Assembly: GCA_037128175.1 (NCBI GenBank)
Contig: JBAXWY010000015.1
Location: forward strand, 1-55,285
From: Methanothrix sp.
Lineage (GTDB): Archaea; Halobacteriota; Methanosarcinia; Methanotrichales; Methanotrichaceae
Length of the DNA: 55,285 bases
Direction of reading: 5' to 3'
The position numbers and the translations under genes are program-made. The notes beneath the pieces were generated by a model. It was given only the letters and a program-made list of their open reading frames with translations, searched no databases and had not been told where the DNA came from. This document shows positions 8,989 to 16,962 of this stretch, one piece after another. Each line of letters starts with the position of its first letter. Position 1 is the stretch's first letter.

Positions 8989-10707
8989 TTGTTTCAGTCT
9001 ATAGCTTTTGCTGCCGGGCAACCAATGTATCACGTCATTCTACCACCAGATGGACGAGTGGATAAAGCATTCCACATGGTCGTAATTGGTGATTCAATTG
9101 CTTGGGGTAATGGATTGAATAAAGAGGATAAATACTATTATCTGGTAGCGGATTGGCTTGAAAAGAAGCTCAATAAACCAGTAGATGTAACAGTCTATGC
9201 ACATTCAGGAGCAAAGATCAGCGGATCAAAGGACTTATGGACTTCTATCGGTGATTTGAATCCATTTAAGAGCAGTTATGATCAAAATATGAATAGTGCT
9301 TATCCCACGTTAAAAGAACAGGCAGATAGCATCATAAATGCGGATAAAGTCAATCTAATTTTGGTATCTGGTGGTATAAATGATGTAGATGTTATGAAAT
9401 TGATTAATGTATATACATCTGCAAAAGAAATCGACCAAAGTGCTCTCAATCAATCAATCAAAGATCCTATGAAAGAATTACTCTCATCTCTATTGATTAA
9501 GTGTAAAAATGCCAAAATTATAGTGACAAACTATTATCCCATAGTTTCCGAGGATAGTAATATAGATACGATCTCCGCTGCTTACGGCACGGGAGTATTT
9601 ATAATTAATAGTGCATTAAAGAAAAATCCTTTTGATGCTGTTACAATAAAGGAGAGATTAACGGAAAATTCAAATATGTTTCATGGTGGAAGTACAACTG
9701 CTTTAGATAATGCTGTATTGGAAGCTGACAGCAGTGCAAATCGTATAACTTTAGCCATGATAAATTTCCAACCCAACAATTGTTATGCCGCAAGTCAAAC
9801 TTGGCTGTGGAAGTTAGATGGACTTCTTAAGACCAATGACGACCAATACAAAGATCGTTCTTTATTAACTTCTGATCCAATTAATAGAATTAATGCTATA
9901 GGTCATCCGAACAGAGATGGTGCAATAGAGTATGCCAGAGCAATCGAACAAGCCATAACAAACAAAGGATTAGATTGGTTGGAACCAAAAGAAAATGATT
10001 GGAATCAGGATATAACTGAAACTGACACCAAGGATACACCCCTACAACGTTCTTCTGAAAGCACTGCTTTCAATCGTGACGCAGAGATTGACGTATCCGG
10101 GCATTGGGACGGAAAGGCATACCAATCAGGACAACCAGCCGCATATTCTACATACCCATATTCTCTTGACCTAACACAAACAGGATCTGATGTAAAAGGT
10201 ACGTCCAAGATATCACTTGGGTCGGATTATGCAGTAATGGATCTTTCTGGATCAGTGTCCAATGGAGTTCTATATTTCTCTGAGACAGGAATCTTAGAGG
10301 ACACCTACCAGTTAGGAAGGGTGCATTTCATTCTTAAAACTGCGAATCTAAATTGTATAGGGACTCCAATACGGGTCTTAGAAGGTACATGGGAATGTTC
10401 TGATCCATCCTTGTATGGTCCGCCAGGAAGTATGGTGCTACAAAAAAGCCCGCAAGATATGGCTATTGCAAAAGAATCAAGCAGTAAAATCCAGTCAACC
10501 GGGACAACCCAAGACACATCTGCTCCTTCAGAAACGAGTGGTGATACTAACACAAAAGCCGCGTATACCCAAGACGGAATAAATTTCATAAGCAAAGAAC
10601 GATTGGAGGAGAATATTAAGGCGGGAATAGCGAAATCAGGAGATTATAGAGAAGTACAAGTTTCATTAGATACAATCGTAGTGGGTGGCTCTATAATTCC
10701 TGGTTAG
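8989..10707 (+). CDS. Secreted SGNH/GDSL hydrolase with C-terminal beta-rich domain
   Basis: GDSIAWG (block I), AHSGA (II), GGIND (III), GHPN (V); AT-rich; signal peptide may begin upstream at ATT 8950. Confidence 0.85.
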   Translation: MFQSIAFAAGQPMYHVILPPDGRVDKAFHMVVIGDSIAWGNGLNKEDKYYYLVADWLEKKLNKPVDVTVYAHSGAKISGSKDLWTSIGDLNPFKSSYDQNMNSAYPTLKEQADSIINADKVNLILVSGGINDVDVMKLINVYTSAKEIDQSALNQSIKDPMKELLSSLLIKCKNAKIIVTNYYPIVSEDSNIDTISAAYGTGVFIINSALKKNPFDAVTIKERLTENSNMFHGGSTTALDNAVLEADSSANRITLAMINFQPNNCYAASQTWLWKLDGLLKTNDDQYKDRSLLTSDPINRINAIGHPNRDGAIEYARAIEQAITNKGLDWLEPKENDWNQDITETDTKDTPLQRSSESTAFNRDAEIDVSGHWDGKAYQSGQPAAYSTYPYSLDLTQTGSDVKGTSKISLGSDYAVMDLSGSVSNGVLYFSETGILEDTYQLGRVHFILKTANLNCIGTPIRVLEGTWECSDPSLYGPPGSMVLQKSPQDMAIAKESSSKIQSTGTTQDTSAPSETSGDTNTKAAYTQDGINFISKERLEENIKAGIAKSGDYREVQVSLDTIVVGGSIIPG

Positions 10708-10765
10708 ACCTAGCCCTGTAACAAAGCAATATCACTCGTCCATTTCAGGCGACCGCAGGAAGGCC

Positions 10766-11006
10766 CTTGCAGAAGGCTGCCCGTGCACCCACGGCTCGCC
10801 GGGAGGCGCAGAGACGACAAGGGTGGGAGACACTGACCGGGCAGAGGCCGAGGCCCTCAAGCTCCGGGCCTGTTTGAAGGCCCAAATCTGGTTGGAAGAT
10901 GGGGCATGTGTCATCGGGACTTCGCGGCTTCGCGCCTTCGCATGAGACCCTCGCCCTGCGCGAAGGCCCTCGAAGGCGCGAAGAAGCTATGATCGTTTTC
11001 AACCCG
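10766..11006 (+). repeat. Island module repeat, copy 1 (ends in a family B CTTCGCG/CGCGAAG palindrome)
   Basis: CAGAAGGCTGCCCGTGCACCC...GCCGAGGCCCTC...GTGTCATCGGGACTTCGCGGCTTCGCG shared with 12077-12265 and in part with 14480-14572. Confidence 0.9.
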
Positions 11007-11045
11007 TAAACAAAATGTTTATACCATGTAAACATAATGCGATGC

Positions 11046-11588
11046 ATGCTCATAGAGCTGTTCAAGACAGAAGAGAGAGCCAGGGTCCTGCGCTATGTGA
11101 TGTTTCGCAGTTCCTTTCGCGCGGCAGAGGTCTCAAGGGCCACAGGAGTTACCAAAGGACTGGTTTCTCGATATCTGCACCTCCTGGTGGAGCATGGTTT
11201 GCTGCAAAAGGAGGGTCGAGCTTATTCCCCACATGATGGCGCGAATTCTCGGGCCGTCAAACTCCTGCTTAACCAGGAGAGAATAGACCTGTCTGCTCTT
11301 TCCCTGGGCTCTGCCAGGGGCCTGGGCCTTTACGGGAGCTGGGCCAGGGGCACGAATCACCAGGAAAGCGACCTGGATGTCTGGATCAGAGCAGATAGCC
11401 TTCCTCCGGAGAGCGTGCTGGCGAGACTGCAACGGGATTTAAGCCTTCAGGCTGACAGCGAAGTCAATTTGCTGGTGCTGACGCCCGAAAAGTTGGAGAG
11501 GCTCAAGACAGAGGATACACCCTTCTACAACTCCCTGGTCATGAGTTCGGTTACCCTGAAAGGTGAGCCACTTGAAGAATATCGATGA
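11046..11588 (+). CDS. wHTH + minimal nucleotidyltransferase (MNT antitoxin)
   Basis: N-terminal HTH (AAEVSRATGVTKGLVSRYL); GSWARG...SDLD nucleotidyltransferase motif. Confidence 0.88.
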   Translation: MLIELFKTEERARVLRYVMFRSSFRAAEVSRATGVTKGLVSRYLHLLVEHGLLQKEGRAYSPHDGANSRAVKLLLNQERIDLSALSLGSARGLGLYGSWARGTNHQESDLDVWIRADSLPPESVLARLQRDLSLQADSEVNLLVLTPEKLERLKTEDTPFYNSLVMSSVTLKGEPLEEYR

Positions 11589-12018
11589 TTGCTTTCTGCG
11601 CGGCGGGCTACGCAATGTGGAGCCTTCCCTGACCAAGAGCGAGCAGTCTCTGCTCCAGGCCAGGGACTGGCTCTCCGAAGCCGAGAAGAACCTGGAGGTA
11701 GAGGCCTTGCGGTCCGCTATCTCTTCAGCGTACCTGGCCGTCTTTCATTCCGCCCGTGCCGTTCTCTTCCGGGACGGGGTGCGAGAGAAGAGCCACTACT
11801 GCATTGGCCTCTACTTGCAGAGGTATGTAGAAGATGGCATCCTTGAAGTGGATTGGCCCATGCTTTTCGACCGAATCAGAAGTGTGCGCCATGCCGATCA
11901 ATACTCTTTCATGGCCTTGCCAACGGAGGAAGAGGTGCAGGCGAGCATTGATCTGGCAGAGAGATTCATAGAAAGGATGGAGAGGCTGCTTAAGGAGACG
12001 AGAGGCAAAGCAGGATAG
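11572..12018 (+). CDS. HEPN domain protein (UPF0332-like), partner of MNT
   Basis: SAYLAVFHSARAVL, KSH and R..RH..QY motifs; overlaps the MNT stop. Confidence 0.88.
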   Translation: MKNIDDCFLRGGLRNVEPSLTKSEQSLLQARDWLSEAEKNLEVEALRSAISSAYLAVFHSARAVLFRDGVREKSHYCIGLYLQRYVEDGILEVDWPMLFDRIRSVRHADQYSFMALPTEEEVQASIDLAERFIERMERLLKETRGKAG

Positions 12019-12076
12019 GCTACTGATCAGCAGAGGACCGCCCCGGGAGCTGGCCAGGGATGCCCGAGCCCTACTA

Positions 12077-12265
12077 CAGAAGGCTGCCCGTGCACCCCGC
12101 GGCTACGCAGGGAGGCGCAGAGGCTACGAGGGCGGGAGACGACCCTGGCAGATGCCGAGGCCCTCAAGCTCCAGGCCGGTTTGAAGGCACAAATCTGGTT
12201 GGAAGAAGGGCATGTGTCATCGGGACTTCGCGGCTTCGCGTGAGCCCGTCACCTTTCGCGAAGAT
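12077..12265 (+). repeat. Island module repeat, copy 2
   Basis: Colinear with 10770-10934 over ~165 nt; ends in CTTCGCGTGA...TCGCGAAG palindrome. Confidence 0.9.
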
Positions 12266-12334
12266 GCCATTATCTCCGCTCAAAAACACGGACTTAGCTT
12301 CAGAACAGCGCTGTGCACCGTTTTTTCGATAACT

Positions 12335-12922
12335 TCAGGCGATTCCCAGTCGATCCTTTATGACTCGGACATCCGCCTGCATTTGTCGAAATTGCATCGC
12401 ATATCCCGGCTGGATGTCTTCCCTCATGCCTTTAATTTCGTCCAGCGTTGCGTCTGTGGTCTTTCGCATCGCTTTGATGTCTTCACTGATCTGAGGAATC
12501 GTATCCGTGTTCTTGCGTACTGCTTTGATGTCTTCACTGATCTGGGGGATCATATCCGTGTTCTTGCGCACCGCTTTGAGATCATCCCTCATATCCAGAA
12601 GAAGCGGGATAGCCTTGTCCAGTTGGACGAAAGAGAATAGCATGGCAACTTCACTGGTTCGCCCTACGTCTCCGTCGTAATCCTCAAAAGTCACTTTAGA
12701 AACTTCGGCCAGCTCCGGCTTATTCTTCTCAACTGTCTGCAAGAAAGCAGTAACTCTGGCTTCATTTCCTTCTACCAGGGCTATGACTTCTTGTTGTCCG
12801 TTCTCTTCCCAGTTATAGGCAGAGAGTCCCGGCAGGGCCAGGTTCATGGCATGCTTGAGCAGGAATACGCGATATCCTACATCATGTACTTTGGTGCCGA
12901 CGATCTTGATTTTAAGCTTCAT
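12335..12922 (-). CDS. Acylphosphatase domain protein with coiled-coil repeat tail
   Basis: GTKVHDVGYR (cf. G.VQGVGFR) and a conserved Asn; C-terminal 17-aa repeats. Confidence 0.85.
   Translation of the reverse strand: MKLKIKIVGTKVHDVGYRVFLLKHAMNLALPGLSAYNWEENGQQEVIALVEGNEARVTAFLQTVEKNKPELAEVSKVTFEDYDGDVGRTSEVAMLFSFVQLDKAIPLLLDMRDDLKAVRKNTDMIPQISEDIKAVRKNTDTIPQISEDIKAMRKTTDATLDEIKGMREDIQPGYAMQFRQMQADVRVIKDRLGIA
12460..12590 (-). repeat. 51-bp in-frame tandem repeat (about 2.5 units)
   Basis: GCTTTGA anchors at 12471, 12522 and 12573; encodes DIKAVRKNTD.IPQISE. Confidence 0.9.
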
Positions 12923-13040
12923 GTTATCCTTAACATTCGTTCGCTCCGGCTATTTGATTGTTTCCTTTGCGGGCGGTACACGGCACAAATGGCCACGCAG
13001 GCCCGAATGACGCTGTCACGAACGGCTCCACCGGCGCGGC

Positions 13041-13082
13041 TCAAGTACTCTCACGAAAAATATTGCAGATGATTTCAGGCAA
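13041..13082 (-). pseudogene. Truncated DUF3368-type PIN toxin (first ~7 codons only)
   Basis: TTG overlapping the UPF0175 stop gives MPEIICN then unrelated sequence; resembles DUF3368 N-termini, the usual downstream partner. Confidence 0.55.
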
Positions 13083-13326
13083 GAACCGCCTCCGCCTTGA
13101 GGTCATCTTCTGTCAGGCGAAAAGTATCAACACCATAGTTCGCCAATCTGGTAAGGAAAAGTGTTCTCGGTATTCCTGCCAGTCTGGCTGCTGCCCCAGA
13201 TGATAGTCTTCTCAGTTCAAAGAGCTTTACCGCTGCTGCTAACCTCAGCTCCTTTCCCAATTCATCTGGGGACATCTTAAGGGCTAGTAAGGCATCATCT
13301 GGCACTTGTAAGACTATCTCGCTCAT
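13075..13326 (-). CDS. UPF0175 family antitoxin
   Basis: ELRLAAAVKLFELRRLSSGAAARLAGI.R..FL..L..YGV motif; ATG at 13326. Confidence 0.88.
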   Translation of the reverse strand: MSEIVLQVPDDALLALKMSPDELGKELRLAAAVKLFELRRLSSGAAARLAGIPRTLFLTRLANYGVDTFRLTEDDLKAEAVLA

Positions 13327-13440
13327 GTGCTCTAATGTTATGCGATAGTTATGTATATTTTTGCATTCATGTGCCCTTCTAGCGAGAAATAGAGTGACGC
13401 TTAGAAAAATATCATAGCCTAACAGCGAGGAGTTTCTATC

Positions 13441-13605
13441 ATGGCCGGAGCAACAAAGAAAGTCGTTATACAGGATGCCAACTAGGCCGCCCTCAATGAA
13501 TTCAAAGAGGGAGTAAAAAGAAGCATCAGGCAAGCGGACGCGGGTTTGGTTAATAATTTCAAAACTAAGCAAGAGTTCTTGGACCACCTGAAGAATCTTG
13601 AGTAA
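13441..13605 (+). pseudogene. Decayed RelB-like antitoxin with one in-frame TAG
   Basis: GAGGAG RBS; MAGATKKVVIQDAN*AALNEFKEGVKRSIRQADAGLVNNFKTKQEFLDHLKNLE. Confidence 0.55.
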
Positions 13606-13610
13606 GATCC

Positions 13611-13703
13611 ATGGATTACGAATCCACGCCTGATTTTGATGCCAATTTTCTGAAACTCAAGCTCAAACATGCTCGTGGTTCTCACGTAATTAAAAAAATA
13701 TAA
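13611..13703 (+). pseudogene. Truncated RelE-like toxin N-terminus
   Basis: MDYESTPDFDANFLKL starts 5 nt after the antitoxin remnant; 30 aa only. Confidence 0.45.
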
Positions 13704-13713
13704 AAAATTATAT

Positions 13714-14301
13714 TTATAAACCTGCTTCTATCGTCGCCAAGCTTTGAGCAAATTTACCCCCAGATCGATAGACTGCTGCACAACCACTGCCACCGTCTTC
13801 AGGGCAATCTCCAATCCTCACGGTAAATTGCGCATAGTAATTGCCCGGATACGGTATGCGTTTAGGTGGGATTACCACTTTCCCATATCCTGTTTCGTCT
13901 GTGGTAAGAGGAAGCTCAAAGTCATAAGCTTCTACACATGCGAAGGTCCCTTCGCGTGTGATACAATTATCACCCTTTTTACGTTGTCCTGGAAATTCGG
14001 CAAATGCTGCCCGAGTTTTATCATTTAATTCGCTAGGATTCTTTGTTAGATCGTCCTTATTAAAGAGATGCACCCCTACCGTATATTTATGGTTCGGTTC
14101 AGCTCCGGCAAGTTCGAATTCAAAAATTATTTCGTTTTGATCATCAAAATACCATTTTGCTGTTCCAACATCGAGCGGTCGATCAAATATATCCCATCCA
14201 TTGGTCAGCCCAACCATGTGAGTTTCACCAGAACCAGATGCCAATGCAGTCAGCACCATCAATACTGCTACAAGCAATATACCAAATACGTTTGATTTCA
14301 T
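13714..14301 (-). CDS. Secreted hypothetical protein
   Basis: Signal peptide MKSNVFGILLVAVLMVLTALA; AT-rich; two Cys pairs. Confidence 0.75.
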   Translation of the reverse strand: MKSNVFGILLVAVLMVLTALASGSGETHMVGLTNGWDIFDRPLDVGTAKWYFDDQNEIIFEFELAGAEPNHKYTVGVHLFNKDDLTKNPSELNDKTRAAFAEFPGQRKKGDNCITREGTFACVEAYDFELPLTTDETGYGKVVIPPKRIPYPGNYYAQFTVRIGDCPEDGGSGCAAVYRSGGKFAQSLATIEAGL

Positions 14302-14479
14302 GCTTTCCCCCTTAATCTTCATGCCGATCTCGACGTTCTCAGCTTTCGGATGACTGCGATTCTCGATTAAGAATCGTTTCGACGTAATCGACGAGCATCT
14401 GGAAAACTAAGAAGCCCTTAGTCACGACATAGTTCGAAATAAATAAAGATGACGGATTGAGCCATGTATAACTTGTAAT

Positions 14480-14752
14480 CTTGCAGAAGGCTGCCCGTGC
14501 ACCCGCGGCTCGCAGGGAGGCGCACAGAGGCTACGAGGGCGGGAGACGACCCAGGCAGAGGCCGAGGCCCTCTGGCTGGATGACCTGAAGGAGATTTCGG
14601 TCAAAGAGAGCCGGAAAGGCTCCTTTACCTATCGGATGGATGGCGCCAGGACGACATGACGTGACGCCTCGGGAAGCGACAGGAAGATAGACGCCGCGAA
14701 AGCCCGCCAGAAGGCCAGGGTGATGAAGGCGGAAGCGCTGAGGATACAGTGC
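14480..14752 (+). repeat. Island module repeat, copy 3; continues as a decayed small ORF
   Basis: 14480-14572 matches copies 1 and 2; continuation reads with frameshifts as ...AEAEAL.LDDL...KESRKGSFTY...RKID...QKARVMKAEAL. Confidence 0.8.
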
Positions 14753-14832
14753 CCTTAATCGCGGATTTAGCCATCTGTATCGGTGCAGCCTGCAACTCTT
14801 AAATATTCTGAGCAACCTTTAGATATCATCCA

Positions 14833-15924
14833 ATGGAAGGACACTGCGAGGAATCTCTGGTGAGATATGGGATGAACAAATCTGGTGAGGATGAAATCGC
14901 AATTGTCTCAGAAGAGCTTATCGGCAGCATCCGGCCCCTCATAGAGCAGGCAAAGGCCCGCGTCGCTCAATTGGTGAATTCAGAGCTTGTGCGTCTTTAT
15001 TGGCTGATCGGGAAGATGATACGAGAGGAGATCTCTGCAAGAAAGATTGTGGGCCAGGAGAAAGGCATCGTGAATCTCCTCAGCGAGACTCTCACCACGG
15101 AATATGGCCCGGGATTCAGCCGTCGCAACCTATTTCATATGATCAGGCTAGCCGACACCTTTGGCGACGCGAGGACAGTGCAGACACTGTCTGCACAGCT
15201 CTCCTGGTCCCATTTCGTTGAGATAGTCTACCTCAAGGATCCTCTGCAACGCCAGTTTTACGCCGAGATGACAAGAGTGGAACGCTGGAGCGTGCGAACG
15301 CTGCGCCGGAAGATGCAGGGCATGCTTTACGAGCGTACCGCCATCTCCCGGAGGCCCGAGGAGCTGGCCAGACAGGAACTGGAGGCCTTGCAGGAAGATG
15401 ACCTCATGACTCCAGATCTTGTCTTTCGGGACCCTTACCTGCTGGACTTCCTGGGACTGAAGGACACCTACAGCGAGCGCGATTTAGAGGCGGCCATACT
15501 GAGGGAGCTGGAGAGGTTTCTGCTGGTGCTGGGCACCGACTTTTCTTTCATCGCCCGCCAGAAGCGCATGACCATTGGCGACCGGGACTTCTACCTAGAT
15601 ATGCTCTTCTATCACCGCAGCCTGCGTCGCCTGGTGGCCATAGAGCTGAAGCTGGGCAGCTTCGATGCCGCCTACAAAGGCCAGATGGAGCTCTACCTGC
15701 GTTGGCTGGACAGGTACGAGCGCCGGTCGGGCGAGGAGATGCCCATTGGCCTGATACTGTGCGGTGAGAAGAACCGGGAGCAAATAGAGCTGTTGCAGCT
15801 CGACCGGGGCGAGATCAGGGTGGCTGAATATCTGGTGGAGCTGCCGCCAAAGGGATTGCTGGAGGCTAAGCTGCACGAGGCTATACGGCTGGCGCGGGGC
15901 CGGGTGGAAGCGAGAGAAGGATAA
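14833..15924 (+). CDS. YhcG/DUF1016 PD-(D/E)XK nuclease family protein
   Basis: N.EL..LYW.IG, LSWSHF, WSVRTL, FRDPY.LDFLGL, DMLFYHR...AIELK, GQMELYL and PIGLILC; start may be 14872. Confidence 0.93.
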   Translation: MEGHCEESLVRYGMNKSGEDEIAIVSEELIGSIRPLIEQAKARVAQLVNSELVRLYWLIGKMIREEISARKIVGQEKGIVNLLSETLTTEYGPGFSRRNLFHMIRLADTFGDARTVQTLSAQLSWSHFVEIVYLKDPLQRQFYAEMTRVERWSVRTLRRKMQGMLYERTAISRRPEELARQELEALQEDDLMTPDLVFRDPYLLDFLGLKDTYSERDLEAAILRELERFLLVLGTDFSFIARQKRMTIGDRDFYLDMLFYHRSLRRLVAIELKLGSFDAAYKGQMELYLRWLDRYERRSGEEMPIGLILCGEKNREQIELLQLDRGEIRVAEYLVELPPKGLLEAKLHEAIRLARGRVEAREG

Positions 15925-15957
15925 TCGGGGTTTCGAGTCTGTGCGTGATACCCTGGA

Positions 15958-16008
15958 TCTCACGCGAAGCGTTGACGGGCGCGAAGAAGCCATGATCTTC
16001 CGACCCCG
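15958..16008. repeat. Family B palindrome right arm at the island's right end
   Basis: GGCGCGAAGAAGCCATGATC (15978-15997) vs GGCGCGAAGAAGCTATGATC (10975-10994). Confidence 0.7.
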
Positions 16009-16062
16009 CGTGATCAATGCAAAGCCTTACTAAGTTTAGAGGCATTTTCATAGCCAAAAGGG

Positions 16063-16962
16063 ATGGAGGACGAGGGCATAATGGCGAGCATACTGATTTT
16101 GGGCGGCACTGGGGAGACCGGTTCCTGGTTTGCCCGCTACTTTAAGGATAAAGGCTTTGATGTGGCGGTCTGGGGGCCGAGCGGCAAGGTGGAGGTGGCA
16201 AAGTGCCTGGGGGTGCGTTATGCTTTGGACAAGATGGCTGAAGTGGAAAGGAGCGACATCGTCTTGGTCAGCGTAACCATCGAGAAGACGGTACAGGTCA
16301 TCCGGGAGGTTGCGCCTCACATGCATCCCGGCAGCCTGATCATGGATGTGACCTCCATCAAGTCAGGGCCGGTAAAGGCCATGAAAACCTATGCCCCCAA
16401 AGGCGTTGAAGTTTTAGGCACGCATCCCATGTTCGGGCCCACCATGGCCTCTCTAGCCGGTCAGACCATCATCCTCACGCCCGTGGAGGGAAAGACTGGA
16501 AAGTGGCTCTCCATCATGCAGTCGCTCTTCTTGTCGGATGGAGCGCACGTCGAGATTTTGGATGCAGAGGAGCACGATGAGATCATGGCCGTGGTGCAGG
16601 CACTAACCCATTTTGCCTACATCGGCATCGGGGCGGCGCTGCGTACTCTGGACTTTGATGTGCAAAGATCTAGGAAATTCATGTCCCCTGTCTACGAGAT
16701 AATGATCGACTTTGTGGGCCGAATCCTGGACCAAAATCCCGAGCTTTATGCCTCCATCCAGAAAAATCCCAAGGCGGCAGCCGTTCGCCAGACCTTTGTG
16801 GCCGAATGCATGCGGCTTTGCGAAAAGGCGGACGCTGGGGATCTGGAGGGCTTCAAGCAGATCATGGAGGAAGCAGCCGAGCACTACGGAGGGACTCACG
16901 CGGCGTTGGAGAGGTCAGACCGGGTGATCAACGCACGGATAGGGGAGACCGGAAAAAGCTAA
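16063..16962 (+). CDS. tyrA: Prephenate dehydrogenase
   Basis: ILGGTG, MDVTSIK, HPMFGP and HDEIMAVVQALTH; start may be 16081. Confidence 0.95.
   Translation: MEDEGIMASILILGGTGETGSWFARYFKDKGFDVAVWGPSGKVEVAKCLGVRYALDKMAEVERSDIVLVSVTIEKTVQVIREVAPHMHPGSLIMDVTSIKSGPVKAMKTYAPKGVEVLGTHPMFGPTMASLAGQTIILTPVEGKTGKWLSIMQSLFLSDGAHVEILDAEEHDEIMAVVQALTHFAYIGIGAALRTLDFDVQRSRKFMSPVYEIMIDFVGRILDQNPELYASIQKNPKAAAVRQTFVAECMRLCEKADAGDLEGFKQIMEEAAEHYGGTHAALERSDRVINARIGETGKS

Larger units (their letters stand above)
8467..16062. mobile_element. Accessory island inserted between aroE and tyrA (no integrase visible)
   Basis: Flanked by duplicated tyrA 5' ends; mixed AT-rich and GC-rich modules; TA, nuclease and pseudogene cargo; internal repeats. 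Confidence 0.7.

Noticed and set aside
13483-13485. In-frame TAG as a pyrrolysine codon
   Set aside because: It lies in a decayed TA locus with a truncated partner; a TGG-to-TAG nonsense change is simpler, and no pyl genes are seen
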